In this document: positions 55,694 to 64,000 of the stretch, one piece after another
How the letters are laid out: the number at the start of each line of letters is the position of its first letter
How positions within the stretch are numbered: the stretch's first letter is position 1
Notes under the pieces: model-generated
Databases searched by the model: none
What the model saw: the letters and a program-made list of their open reading frames with translations, nothing else
What the model was told of the DNA's origin: nothing
Source: Chloroflexota bacterium
GTDB lineage: Bacteria > Chloroflexota > Dehalococcoidia > JACQUO01
DNA: 64,000 nt
Reading direction: 5' to 3'
NCBI GenBank assembly: GCA_016210205.1
Contig: JACQUO010000023.1
Span: 3,788 to 67,787, forward strand
Made by a program: the position numbers and the translations under genes

Positions 55694-56395
55694 CTATTGG
55701 GCCCCCTCGAGCATCTGCTCCAGGCGACGCACTATCGGATGCCGATAGGTCAAGCTGGGCCATAACCGTGATGCCGCGACGGCTCCCAGCTTGCCCTTGG
55801 GGTTCACGGCCACGGGGTGGCCCACGGCTGCCAACACCGGCAGGTCTTGCTCCGTATCGCCGAAGGCGAAAGAGCGGGCCAGGTCAAACTCCCTGGCCAG
55901 GTCTTGCATCACCTTGGCCTTGGAAACCCCCAAAGCCATGTTGCGCTCCACCTCCCCGATGTAGCGGCCAGCGCGTCCCAACGCCAGGGTAGTGCCACAG
56001 ACCCGGGCCAAGCCCAAATCCGCCGCTAAGACCTCCAGCAACTCCTGGAAGGAGCCAGATATGCTGATGGTCACAAAACCCCTTCGGTTGAACAGATCCA
56101 CCAGGTCGTGGGCATACCAGAAGGGCTTGACCTTCACCTGGGCCCATTCCTCCCGGAGGAGCCGCTGCACCTCAGCCTGGCTCTGCCCTTCCATCTCCCG
56201 CGCGAAGTCGGCCACACTCTCCTCGACGAAACGGGCGTAGGGGATTTCCCCGCGACGCACCGCGGCCACATCCCTTATAGCCTTGTCCCACCACCCTGAG
56301 GAGACTCGGCCCTCCTTCCCCAGGAACCGCCCCAGGTCTAGACGCGTGAATCCCCGCACCAGCACCCCATCCAAATCGAAAATAGCGGCCCGCAA
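55694..56395 (-). CDS. HAD-superfamily hydrolase (subfamily IB, phosphoserine phosphatase-like)
   Basis: Motif I (FDLDGVL) and downstream HAD motifs (FAFGDTEQD) are present. Confidence 0.7.
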   Translation of the reverse strand: MRAAIFDLDGVLVRGFTRLDLGRFLGKEGRVSSGWWDKAIRDVAAVRRGEIPYARFVEESVADFAREMEGQSQAEVQRLLREEWAQVKVKPFWYAHDLVDLFNRRGFVTISISGSFQELLEVLAADLGLARVCGTTLALGRAGRYIGEVERNMALGVSKAKVMQDLAREFDLARSFAFGDTEQDLPVLAAVGHPVAVNPKGKLGAVAASRLWPSLTYRHPIVRRLEQMLEGAQ

Positions 56396-56544
56396 AGGAT
56401 GCCTCCCAGCCTAAAGTTCCCCCAATTCTACCAGCAAAAAAGGTGGGGAAAAAGCCGGGCCCTCGTCTCAAGAGACTTTAGTCACATACAGCCCTGACCG
56501 TCAGTGGTATTTTAGGGTTGTCAATCTTGAAGGAGGTGTTTCCT

Positions 56545-56787
56545 ATGGCTGAGACCAAGACCGTAAATCTGGATGTTCGCCCCTTGCCGCCGTGGGAGAG
56601 ACATAGCAAGATATTCTCCCTCTTCGATTCTCTGTCGGTAGGCGAAAGCCTCGTCATCACCAATGACCACGACCCCAGGCCGCTACACTATCAGTTCATG
56701 CATGAGCGCACAGGAAAGTTCGAGTGGGACTCCCAGGAGCTAAAGCCCTATGAGTGGCAGGCCACCATAAAGCGCATCGCCCCATGA
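56545..56787 (+). CDS. DUF2249 domain protein (copy 1)
   Basis: NDHDPRPL and ERTGKFEWD motifs are present. An RBS (GAAGGAGGTG) precedes the ATG at 56545. Confidence 0.7.
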   Translation: MAETKTVNLDVRPLPPWERHSKIFSLFDSLSVGESLVITNDHDPRPLHYQFMHERTGKFEWDSQELKPYEWQATIKRIAP

Positions 56788-56866
56788 TGAGACCGAGATT
56801 GGATGCTGACATCGCCGTGCCATCCGTGGTAGTTTAAGCTCAGCAGTTTTGTATGAGGCGTGCCCT

Positions 56867-57112
56867 ATGGCTGACCCCAAGTCCATAACCCTGGATGTGC
56901 GCACTTTGCCTCCCCAGGAGCACCGCAGCAGCACAGTCTTCGCCCTCTGCGATTCCCTGGCAGTGGGCCAGAGCCTGATTATCCTCAATGACCATGACCC
57001 CCGGCCCCTGTACTACCGGCTCGCGCACGAGCGCACCGGGAAGTTCGAGTGGGACTCTCGGGAGCTGAAGCCCGATGAGTGGCAGGCCACCATAAAGCGC
57101 ATCGCCCCATGA
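56867..57112 (+). CDS. DUF2249 domain protein (copy 2, tandem paralog)
   Basis: ~70% identical to copy 1. The start is ambiguous (56849 or 56867). Confidence 0.7.
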   Translation: MADPKSITLDVRTLPPQEHRSSTVFALCDSLAVGQSLIILNDHDPRPLYYRLAHERTGKFEWDSRELKPDEWQATIKRIAP

Positions 57113-57636
57113 TGAGACCGAGACCGGAGGCTGAAATCGCCGCCCCGTACCTGAGGCCCCTGGCGTTGCTTTCGGAGGCCCATGTCAAAGGCCAGGCCAA
57201 GCTAAGCGCCCTGGAGGCAGCTATGAAAGCCCTCCAAAATGGAGAACGGGCCTCAGGGGTAAAGGGCCTTGAGGAGGCGCTGGGGTTCTTTGACACCGAC
57301 CTAGCGCGCCACTTCAAGCACGAGGAAAATGCCCTCTTCCCGCCACTCATCCGGGCCGTGGGCCGGGGTGGGCCAGTGGGAGCCATGATGGAAGAACACC
57401 AGAGCTTGTGGCGGAGCATCGACCGCCTGACGGAGCAGGTAGAGGCCATGGCGATGTCCGAGTCTGGCCCCAGTCCCAAAGAGCTGACCCTTCTGAAACA
57501 GGTGGTGGAGCACATACTCTGGCTCCTCCGCTCACACATCCAGAAGGAGGACACCATGCTCTTCCCCCTAGCGCTCCAGCACCTCTCGTCCTCCGATTGG
57601 CGGGAGGTGGAAGCTGAGATGGAGCGGCCGGGTTAG
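57109..57636 (+). CDS. hemerythrin-like (HHE cation-binding) domain protein
   Basis: Two H...E..LFP motifs are present (HFKHEENALFP and HIQKEDTMLFP). The ATG overlaps the DUF2249 stop (ATGA). Confidence 0.7.
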   Translation: MMRPRPEAEIAAPYLRPLALLSEAHVKGQAKLSALEAAMKALQNGERASGVKGLEEALGFFDTDLARHFKHEENALFPPLIRAVGRGGPVGAMMEEHQSLWRSIDRLTEQVEAMAMSESGPSPKELTLLKQVVEHILWLLRSHIQKEDTMLFPLALQHLSSSDWREVEAEMERPG

Positions 57637-57706
57637 GCGGCGGGTGTTGGCATTATGTCAATGAAGAACCTCCTGTAATACAGAACGGAGAAAAAGGGGT
57701 GCGGAG

Positions 57707-57901
57707 ATGAGCCGAAGCAAACGGACGAAGGTCACAAGCCAGACAACCACGACGCCAGGTGAGAAGGCCAAAAAGTTAGACCCACAGGCCATAGAGTGCG
57801 AAATCAAGGGCCCCGATGAGGACTCTCCTCACTTCGATGAGGTGGAATGGGACCTGGCACGCCACGAGTATGCGGCCACCATGGACGACCGCCTCTACTA
57901 G
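57707..57901 (+). CDS. small hypothetical protein (64 aa)
   Basis: The ORF has a GGAG immediately upstream. GC3 is lower than in neighbouring genes and no family is recognised. Confidence 0.3.
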   Translation: MSRSKRTKVTSQTTTTPGEKAKKLDPQAIECEIKGPDEDSPHFDEVEWDLARHEYAATMDDRLY

Positions 57902-57973
57902 GCCTTAGGCTGAGGGCGAGAAATAGTTTTTCGAGCCATGGGGGCTGGGGAATCTAGAAAAAGGAGGGGGAGG

Positions 57974-58408
57974 ATGCACGAGAAAACTATCTTGGGGCTT
58001 AACGAAATCCTGGCGGCGGAGCGGGCCGGCGTGGAAACGATGGCCAAGCTCTTGCCCGGGGCCAGGGAAGGCTATCTGCGCCATGGCATGGAGAAAATCC
58101 ACAAGGATGAGGGCTGGTCCTGCACTCTGCTCCACCAGGCCATCGAGGCCCTGGGGGGCAAAGCCACCGCGGACAAGGGCGACTTCGCTCAGAAGGTGAT
58201 GGCCCTGCCCACCCTCACGGAGCGCCTGGAACTGCTGGGCAAAGGCCAGCGCTGGGTGGTGAAGCGCCTGGATGCTATCCTGGAAGGGGATGTCCCTGGC
58301 CCCGTCCGGGAGACCCTCAAGGATGTCCGCCGGGAGCACGAGGGCAATATCCAGTGGTGCCTGGAGCAGCTGGAGGCCCTCAAGGCGGCGGCCGCCTCAC
58401 CCCACTGA
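57974..58408 (+). CDS. ferritin-like / four-helix-bundle domain protein (hypothetical)
   Basis: A strong RBS (AAGGAGGGGGAGG) precedes the ATG at 57974. The helical E/H-rich pattern is compatible with a ferritin-like di-iron fold. No family is recognised with confidence. Confidence 0.45.
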   Translation: MHEKTILGLNEILAAERAGVETMAKLLPGAREGYLRHGMEKIHKDEGWSCTLLHQAIEALGGKATADKGDFAQKVMALPTLTERLELLGKGQRWVVKRLDAILEGDVPGPVRETLKDVRREHEGNIQWCLEQLEALKAAAASPH

Positions 58409-58432
58409 CCAGTTGTCCACACACCGAATCTC

Positions 58433-58464
58433 AGGGGACAGACATCTGTCCCCTGTCTCTTTTG
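58433..58464 (+). terminator. intrinsic terminator
   Basis: A perfect AGGGGACAGA-CAT-CTGTCCCCT hairpin is followed by GTCTCTTTTG. Confidence 0.6.
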
Positions 58465-58501
58465 CCGAAGACAATGGATTCATCCCGCTCCCCTGCCATA
58501 G

Positions 58502-59593
58502 CTACGCTCCCTTTGACGGCACCCCTTCGCCGCCCCGCACCTGGTCGAAGAAATCGAATAGCCCCCCGAGACGAGAGAAGGGGTAGGTATGGCCCCATTT
58601 GGGATGCTCGTGATAGCTCACGCGATAGCCGAAATGCGCCAGGATATCCCGGGACTGGCGCGCCATCTGCACCGGCACCTGGTTGTCCAGGGCGCCGTGC
58701 AGAATATAGACAGGCATCCGGCAGCCGACGTTCAGGTCCCGCCAGGGCCAGGGCACCAGCGCTCCCGCAATGGGGCCGATGGCCGCGAAGACCTCCGGGT
58801 TCCCCAGCCCAAACTCATAGGTGAAAGTGCCGCCGTCGGAGAACCCGGTGAGGAATACCGCCCGCTTCTCCACCCGATAGAGGGCCTGAACCTCCTTCAC
58901 CGCCAGGAGCACCGCCCGGAGGTCGCTGAAGGACCAGGTGAAGTCCTGGGATTTGGGGACTAAGAGCAGATAGCCGCGGCTCTTGGCCTGGCGGAGCCAG
59001 AGCCAGAGGAAGTCCCGGTCATCGCCCCCGGCCCCGTGGAGGGCAACCACCAGGGGCCAAACCCGAGCCGGGTCATAGTCCTCGGGCACATAGAGGGAGT
59101 AGCGCGGGGATAGCTCTCTCCAATCCTTATAGAGGACACCCACGGGCCGGTGATGGGGACTGACGGGCGGCTGGCTTCCGGCGTGGGCCCGGGACGCCGC
59201 CTCTGGGGTCAGCCAGTGGGTCTCCAGGCCGATGTCGTGACGAATAGGATACAAAAAGGCCTGGGCGCGGCAGAGCTCCCCGTAGGCGGCCCGGAACCCG
59301 CCGGGGACACCCTGGGACGCTTGCAGGGCGGCGGCCATGAGCTCCCAGCCCTGCCGCAAGTGAAAGAAGCCCTGGGCCAGGCACGCGCCTTTCTCGCCAG
59401 CGAGGAGCGGGCGGGGGCCAGCTATCTCGGCGAGGGCCGCAGATAGCCTGACCCCCAGCTCCCCCAGCGCCGCCTCCCGCTGGGGCGAGGCCTGGCGCAG
59501 GCGCGGGTCCTCCAGGAGGGCCTCGCCCGCCTCCAGCGTCTGTCTAGCCAGGACTCCCAGGTCAGCCATCCCGGCGACGTGCCTCCCTGTCAT
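58502..59593 (-). CDS. alpha/beta hydrolase (esterase / PHB-depolymerase-like) with N-terminal helical domain
   Basis: The C-terminal half has LHGAGGD...GFSDGG (nucleophile elbow)...ILHGALD. Confidence 0.6.
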   Translation of the reverse strand: MTGRHVAGMADLGVLARQTLEAGEALLEDPRLRQASPQREAALGELGVRLSAALAEIAGPRPLLAGEKGACLAQGFFHLRQGWELMAAALQASQGVPGGFRAAYGELCRAQAFLYPIRHDIGLETHWLTPEAASRAHAGSQPPVSPHHRPVGVLYKDWRELSPRYSLYVPEDYDPARVWPLVVALHGAGGDDRDFLWLWLRQAKSRGYLLLVPKSQDFTWSFSDLRAVLLAVKEVQALYRVEKRAVFLTGFSDGGTFTYEFGLGNPEVFAAIGPIAGALVPWPWRDLNVGCRMPVYILHGALDNQVPVQMARQSRDILAHFGYRVSYHEHPKWGHTYPFSRLGGLFDFFDQVRGGEGVPSKGA

Positions 59594-59615
59594 CTACCAT
59601 CAGTCAGTAGTCCCC

Positions 59616-61238
59616 TCAGAGCCAAGGTAGCACGGGCGCAGAGGGAGGCCAAAGGCTCTCCCAGACCACGCGCCCCCCCAGCACTGTCATGGCGACCTTG
59701 AGGTCTTTTATAGCTCCAGGGGCGGCGGCGGTGGGGTCAGCGGAGAGCAAGGCCATATCCGCCAGCTGCCCCGGCCAGAGTCGGCCCAAACGGGCCTCCT
59801 GGCCCGCCGCCCTGGCGCCCCCGACGGTATAGGCAAAGACCGCTTGCCGCGCCGTGATACCCTCCTCACGGTGAAAGGCGACCCCCGAGGCCGCCCGGCG
59901 GGCTACCGCCGCATAGAGGCCAATCAGCGGATTGGGGGGCGTCACCGGGGCGTCGGAGGAGAAGGCCAGGGGGACATGGGCCTTAAGCAGGGAGCGGAAA
60001 CGGTAGAGATAGGGCTGCATCTCAGGAGCCACCTCGGCCAGGTAGCGCTCGCCGCTGTAGTAGATGAAGGCCGGCTGAGAGACCACCATGGCCCCCGAGC
60101 GGGCCACGCGCTCCAGGACCCAGGGCGGGCACTCCGAGGCGTGCTCAATCCGGTGCTGGAGGCTAGCTTCGGGGCTCGGGGCCGCGCCGTTGCCCTGGCG
60201 GTGGCGACGGCGCTGGGCCTCGATGGCGGAGGCAACCCGCTCCACCACCGGTGCCTCCACTGCATGCACGGCCAGCGGGAAACCCGCCGCCTCGGACGCG
60301 CCGAGGATGCCCTCCAGCTCGCGCGGGGTCGGGGCGGCGTCCAGGCTAGGGAGCATGAGCTTGGCGTGGCCCAAGGCCATAGCGCCCGCCCCAGAGCCAA
60401 AGGCCAGGCCCCGCGCCGTGAACTCCTCCAGAAAATCGAAGCCTGGCATGAAGGTTATTCGGGGCAAGAGTAGCCCTTCTTCCCGCACGCGGCCCAGCAG
60501 CTCCCACTGGGCGATGGTGTTGCGGGGGCTGGCATCCTGGACCGAGGTGACGCCGTAGGAGAGCAGCCACTGGCCCGCCAGGCGCAGGTTCTGGGCCAGC
60601 TCCGCCGCGGTGGGCGCGGGGACAATCTTCTCTGAAAGCCAGCCGTCCATCTCCAGGAGCAAGCCTGTAGGCTCCCCATCCTCCCCACGCTCAATGTATC
60701 CCCCCGGAGGGTCCGGCGTCTGGGGGCCGATGCCGGCCAAACGCAGGGCCAGGGAGTTGAGGACGCAGGCGTGGAGGCTCCGGTGCCGCAGGCGCACGGG
60801 ATGGCGAGGGGTGGCAACATCCAGGTCGCGGCGGGTGGGATGCCGTCGCTCTGCCAGATGAAACTCGTTATAGCCCCAGCCCTGAAGCCAGGCACCTGGA
60901 GGGGTCGCCTGGGCCCGCTCCACCAAAAGGTTCACGAGGCTCGCGATGGAGGAGACCGCCTCGGGGCCGCAGTCCAGGGAACCCAGGCTGGAGGCATAGG
61001 CCATGAGGTGGCAGTGGGCATCGTGGAAGCCAGGGATGAGGGTTCGCCCCCCGCCCGCGACGACCCGGGTCCCAGGCCCCCGCAAAGATTCCAGCAGGCC
61101 TTCGTCCCCTACGGCCAGGATGCGCTCGCCCTTCGCCGCCACCAGGCCGGCTCGGGGGCGCCGAGGGTGCATGGTCAGGGCCCGGACATCATGGATGATG
61201 AGGTCAGCGGGGCCGCGCGCCTCAGGCGAGGACATGCC
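59616..61238 (-). CDS. amidohydrolase family protein (Amidohydro_3 / YtcJ-like metal-dependent hydrolase)
   Basis: ADLIIHDV...GFHDAHCHL (HxH metal site) and a C-terminal DAP...H are present. The start is likely MSSPEARGP at 61238. Confidence 0.7.
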   Translation of the reverse strand, partial: GMSSPEARGPADLIIHDVRALTMHPRRPRAGLVAAKGERILAVGDEGLLESLRGPGTRVVAGGGRTLIPGFHDAHCHLMAYASSLGSLDCGPEAVSSIASLVNLLVERAQATPPGAWLQGWGYNEFHLAERRHPTRRDLDVATPRHPVRLRHRSLHACVLNSLALRLAGIGPQTPDPPGGYIERGEDGEPTGLLLEMDGWLSEKIVPAPTAAELAQNLRLAGQWLLSYGVTSVQDASPRNTIAQWELLGRVREEGLLLPRITFMPGFDFLEEFTARGLAFGSGAGAMALGHAKLMLPSLDAAPTPRELEGILGASEAAGFPLAVHAVEAPVVERVASAIEAQRRRHRQGNGAAPSPEASLQHRIEHASECPPWVLERVARSGAMVVSQPAFIYYSGERYLAEVAPEMQPYLYRFRSLLKAHVPLAFSSDAPVTPPNPLIGLYAAVARRAASGVAFHREEGITARQAVFAYTVGGARAAGQEARLGRLWPGQLADMALLSADPTAAAPGAIKDLKVAMTVLGGRVVWESLWPPSAPVLPWL

Positions 61239-63159
61239 GGCGCCTCTCCAGATGCACCAGAAGCACCGCCACATCGGCGGGGGTGACCCCGGGGATGCGA
61301 GAGGCCTGTCCGATAGTGGCGGGCAGGAAACGCCCCAAGCGCTCCCGGGCCTCGGTCCGAAGACCGCTCATCGCGTCGTAGTCGAAGTCGGCGGGGATGG
61401 CTTGTCCCTCCAGCCTGGCCCGGCGAGCCACCTGCTCCTCCTGCTGCCGGATGTAGCCCTGGTACTTCACCAGCACCTCCACCTGCTCCCCCGTCCCATC
61501 CCCAAGCTCCGGCAGGCCCAATCCCAAACCCAGCAAATCGCCGTAGGCCACCCCAGGACGGCGCAGATACTCTAGAGAGGACTGGTCGTGGCTGGGAAAG
61601 GGCAGCCCAGCAGCCGCAAGGGCCGGGCGCAGGCGAGCGCTTGGCCCGAGATGTGTCTCCTCCATACGCTCCAAAGCCCAGGCGATGACCCCCCGCTTCT
61701 CTTCAACGGCTTGGTAGCGTTCCTCGCCCACCAGACCCACGGCATGGCCGAACGGGGTGAGGCGGAGGTCGGCGTTGTCCTGTCGGAGCAGGAGACGGAA
61801 CTCAGCCCGAGAGGTGAAGAGCCGGTAAGGCTCGGTGTGCTCCTGGGTCACTAGGTCGTCAATCATCACCCCAATATAGGCCTGGTCGCGGCCCAAGATT
61901 AGTGGTGGATTGCCCTTCACCTTCAGGGCAGCATTGAGGCCCGCCATCAACCCCTGGGCCGCCGCCTCTTCGTAGCCGGAGGTGCCGTTTATCTGCCCGG
62001 CCAGGAACAGCCCGGGGACGGCCTTAGCCTCCAGGGTGGCGCGGGTCTGGACTGGAGGGACATAATCGTACTCGATGGCATAGCCCACCCGGGTCATCTC
62101 CGCTTGGGCCAGGGCGGGGATAGTGCGGAGCAGTCCCAACTGGACATCCTCCGGCAAGGAAGTGTTGGCCCCCTGGACATAAACCTCCCCCGTCTCCCAG
62201 CCCTCCGGCTCCAGGAAGAGGCCGTGGGACTCCTTGTGGGCGAACCGCACCACCTTGTCCTCAATCGAAGGACAGTAGCGGGGCCCGACGCCCTTGATGA
62301 GACCGTTGAAGAGGGGCGCCCGATGCAAGTTGGCCCGGATGAGCGCGTGGGTGCGAGGGTTGGTGTGCACCAAATAGCAGGGGAGCTGAAGGCGCCAGGG
62401 CGTGGGTGGGCCAACGGGATACAGGGGATTGGGGGGGGGAAAAGACCAGTCCTCTTCCGGCGGATGGAAGGAGAAATAGAGAGGGCGGCCGCTCCCAGGC
62501 TGAAGCGCCGTCCGGGAGAAATCGATGCTGGCGGCGGCCACCCGGGGCGGGGTCCCGGTCTTGAGCCGGCCCAAAGCGAAGCCCATACGTCTCAGGCTGT
62601 CCGATAGACCCACCGCGGCCGCTTCCCCCGCCCGCCCTCCAGTATAGCTCACATCTCCCACGATGATGCGGCCCGCCAAGGAAGTGCCTGTAGTCAGCAC
62701 CACGGACTTGCCCCAGAAGGCCTGTCCTGTCTGGGCCTGGAGCCGGAAGGGCCAGGGCCCCCCCGCTACCTGAGACAGCTCCTCCACCAGGGCCTGCTTG
62801 AGGTCAAGGCCAGGCTGGGACTCCAAGGCCCGCTTCATGGCCCGACAGTAGGCCTCCTTGTCCGCCTGGGCCCGCAGCGCCTGCACCGCCGGCCCCTTGC
62901 CGGTGTTGAGCATCCGTATCTGGATGAAGGTGCGGTCTATGGCCTGAGCCATCTCGCCTCCCAGGGCGTCAATCTCACGCACCAGGTGGCCCTTGGCCGG
63001 CCCCCCGAGAGAAGGATTGCAGGGCATGAGGGCCACATGGTCCAAGTTCATGGTGAGAAGAAGGGTGCGGCAGCCCAGGCGGGCGGAGGCCAGGGCCGCC
63101 TCGCAGCCGGCATGCCCCGCCCCCACCACCACCACCTCATAGCCAGGGACACCAGACAT
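61222..63159 (-). CDS. mnmG: tRNA uridine 5-carboxymethylaminomethyl modification enzyme MnmG (GidA)
   Basis: A FAD-binding N-terminus ([23 protein letters not shown]) and the MnmG family over 645 aa are present. Confidence 0.9.
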   Translation of the reverse strand: MSGVPGYEVVVVGAGHAGCEAALASARLGCRTLLLTMNLDHVALMPCNPSLGGPAKGHLVREIDALGGEMAQAIDRTFIQIRMLNTGKGPAVQALRAQADKEAYCRAMKRALESQPGLDLKQALVEELSQVAGGPWPFRLQAQTGQAFWGKSVVLTTGTSLAGRIIVGDVSYTGGRAGEAAAVGLSDSLRRMGFALGRLKTGTPPRVAAASIDFSRTALQPGSGRPLYFSFHPPEEDWSFPPPNPLYPVGPPTPWRLQLPCYLVHTNPRTHALIRANLHRAPLFNGLIKGVGPRYCPSIEDKVVRFAHKESHGLFLEPEGWETGEVYVQGANTSLPEDVQLGLLRTIPALAQAEMTRVGYAIEYDYVPPVQTRATLEAKAVPGLFLAGQINGTSGYEEAAAQGLMAGLNAALKVKGNPPLILGRDQAYIGVMIDDLVTQEHTEPYRLFTSRAEFRLLLRQDNADLRLTPFGHAVGLVGEERYQAVEEKRGVIAWALERMEETHLGPSARLRPALAAAGLPFPSHDQSSLEYLRRPGVAYGDLLGLGLGLPELGDGTGEQVEVLVKYQGYIRQQEEQVARRARLEGQAIPADFDYDAMSGLRTEARERLGRFLPATIGQASRIPGVTPADVAVLLVHLERRRHVLA

Positions 63160-63164
63160 TGAGG

Positions 63165-63995
63165 TCAGGCCTCGGGATAGGCAGCCTGGCGGGCCGCATG
63201 GTAGGAGGAACGCACCAGGGGGCCGGATTCCACATGGCGGAACCCCAACTCTCGGCCCACCTTGGCCAGGTCGGCGAACTCCTCGGGCTCGTAGAAGCGG
63301 GCCACAGGAAGGTGGCTCGCCGAAGGCGCAAGATACTGGCCGATGGTCAGGAGGTCGCAGCCCGCCCGCCGCAGGTCCACCATGACTTGCGCCATCTCCG
63401 TCATCCGCTCTCCCAGGCCCACCATCAAGCCCGATTTGGTGACCAGGCCCGGGGACAACTCTTTGGCCCGGCGCAAGAGGGCCAGGGAGCGGGTATAGAC
63501 AGCCTGGGGACGCACCTTGGGGTACAGACGAGGCACCGTCTCCACATTGTGGTTCAGCACCTCGGGCGAGGCCGCCACCACCGTCGCCAGGGCCGCCTCA
63601 TTGCCCTTGAAGTCTGGGATGAGCACCTCCAGCCGACAGTCGGGGCTGCGCTCCCTAACCTTGGCGATGGTCTGGGCGTAGTGCCCCGCGCCGCCATCGG
63701 GCAGGTCATCCCGGGTCACCGAGGTCACCACCGCGTAACGCAGGCCTAACTGGGCCACAGTGCGGGCCACCCGCTCCGGTTCCTGGGGGTCCGGCGGGGC
63801 CGGACGCCCAGGAGCGACAGCACAAAAACGACAGTCCCGGGTGCAGACATCTCCCAGAATAAGAAAAGTAGCTGTCCCCTCCTCGAAGCATTGGCCGATG
63901 TTAGGGCAGCGGGCCTCCTGGCAGACTGTATGCAGGTCAGCCTGGTCCAAAAGGCCCTTGACCCTGAGGTAGTTGGGCCCGCCAGGGAAGCGCAC
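63165..63995 (-). CDS. lipA: lipoyl synthase
   Basis: A radical SAM CxxxCxxC (CTRDCRFC) and an N-terminal cluster ([12 protein letters not shown]) are present. The 5' end may extend beyond the window edge. Confidence 0.85.
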   Translation of the reverse strand: MRFPGGPNYLRVKGLLDQADLHTVCQEARCPNIGQCFEEGTATFLILGDVCTRDCRFCAVAPGRPAPPDPQEPERVARTVAQLGLRYAVVTSVTRDDLPDGGAGHYAQTIAKVRERSPDCRLEVLIPDFKGNEAALATVVAASPEVLNHNVETVPRLYPKVRPQAVYTRSLALLRRAKELSPGLVTKSGLMVGLGERMTEMAQVMVDLRRAGCDLLTIGQYLAPSASHLPVARFYEPEEFADLAKVGRELGFRHVESGPLVRSSYHAARQAAYPEA

Positions 63996-64000
63996 CTTGA

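Noticed and set aside
56740-57557. 82-aa and 190-aa minus-strand ORFs
   Set aside because: They are antisense to the DUF2249 and hemerythrin genes.
59844-61575. Plus-strand ORFs (209, 156, 171, 190 aa)
   Set aside because: They are antisense to the amidohydrolase and mnmG genes.

Overview
High-GC (~65-70%) bacterial chromosomal segment. The gene content and the Pro/Thr/Ala-rich secretion linkers are consistent with a Chloroflexi-like organism, but that is a guess made without a search. Most of the window is housekeeping:
- his operon (hisZ-like, hisG, hisD, hisC, hisB)
- purine cluster on the minus strand (purS, purC, purB, purE, purD, guaA)
- glycolysis (pgk, archaeal-type apgM, tpiA)
- dxs, a polyprenyl synthase, miaA, dapF, a dapL-like aminotransferase, hflX, xerD-like, smpB with adjacent tmRNA (ssrA), typA, aspA, sbcD/sbcC, proC, mnmG, lipA

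Features that housekeeping does not explain:
1. A low-GC single-gene island (28.1-29.6 kb) encoding a DUF262 (GmrSD-like) protein with a C-terminal zinc ribbon. This is a candidate standalone defence gene.
2. An RNase J-like beta-CASP metallo-beta-lactamase nuclease inserted between sbcD and sbcC.
3. An unannotated ~265-nt structured ncRNA candidate on the minus strand (51.56-51.82 kb) with its own promoter and intrinsic terminator.
4. A family of ~110-bp GC-rich palindromic intergenic repeats with at least five copies; two of them flank tpiA.
5. A low-GC membrane-protein gene inserted inside the purC-purS operon.
6. A low-GC non-coding stretch with a strong promoter driving a 56-aa hydrophobic peptide, which resembles a type I toxin.
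7. A tandem DUF2249 duplication, with a fossil copy of the hemerythrin 5' end, upstream of a hemerythrin / ferritin-like cluster.
8. An Hpt with a ~170-aa N-terminal extension of unknown function.
9. An HMG-CoA-synthase::DUF35 fusion next to an archaeal-type thiolase.

No CRISPR array, tRNA gene, transposase or prophage was seen. Many long six-frame ORFs are antisense or alternate-frame artefacts of high GC and are rejected.
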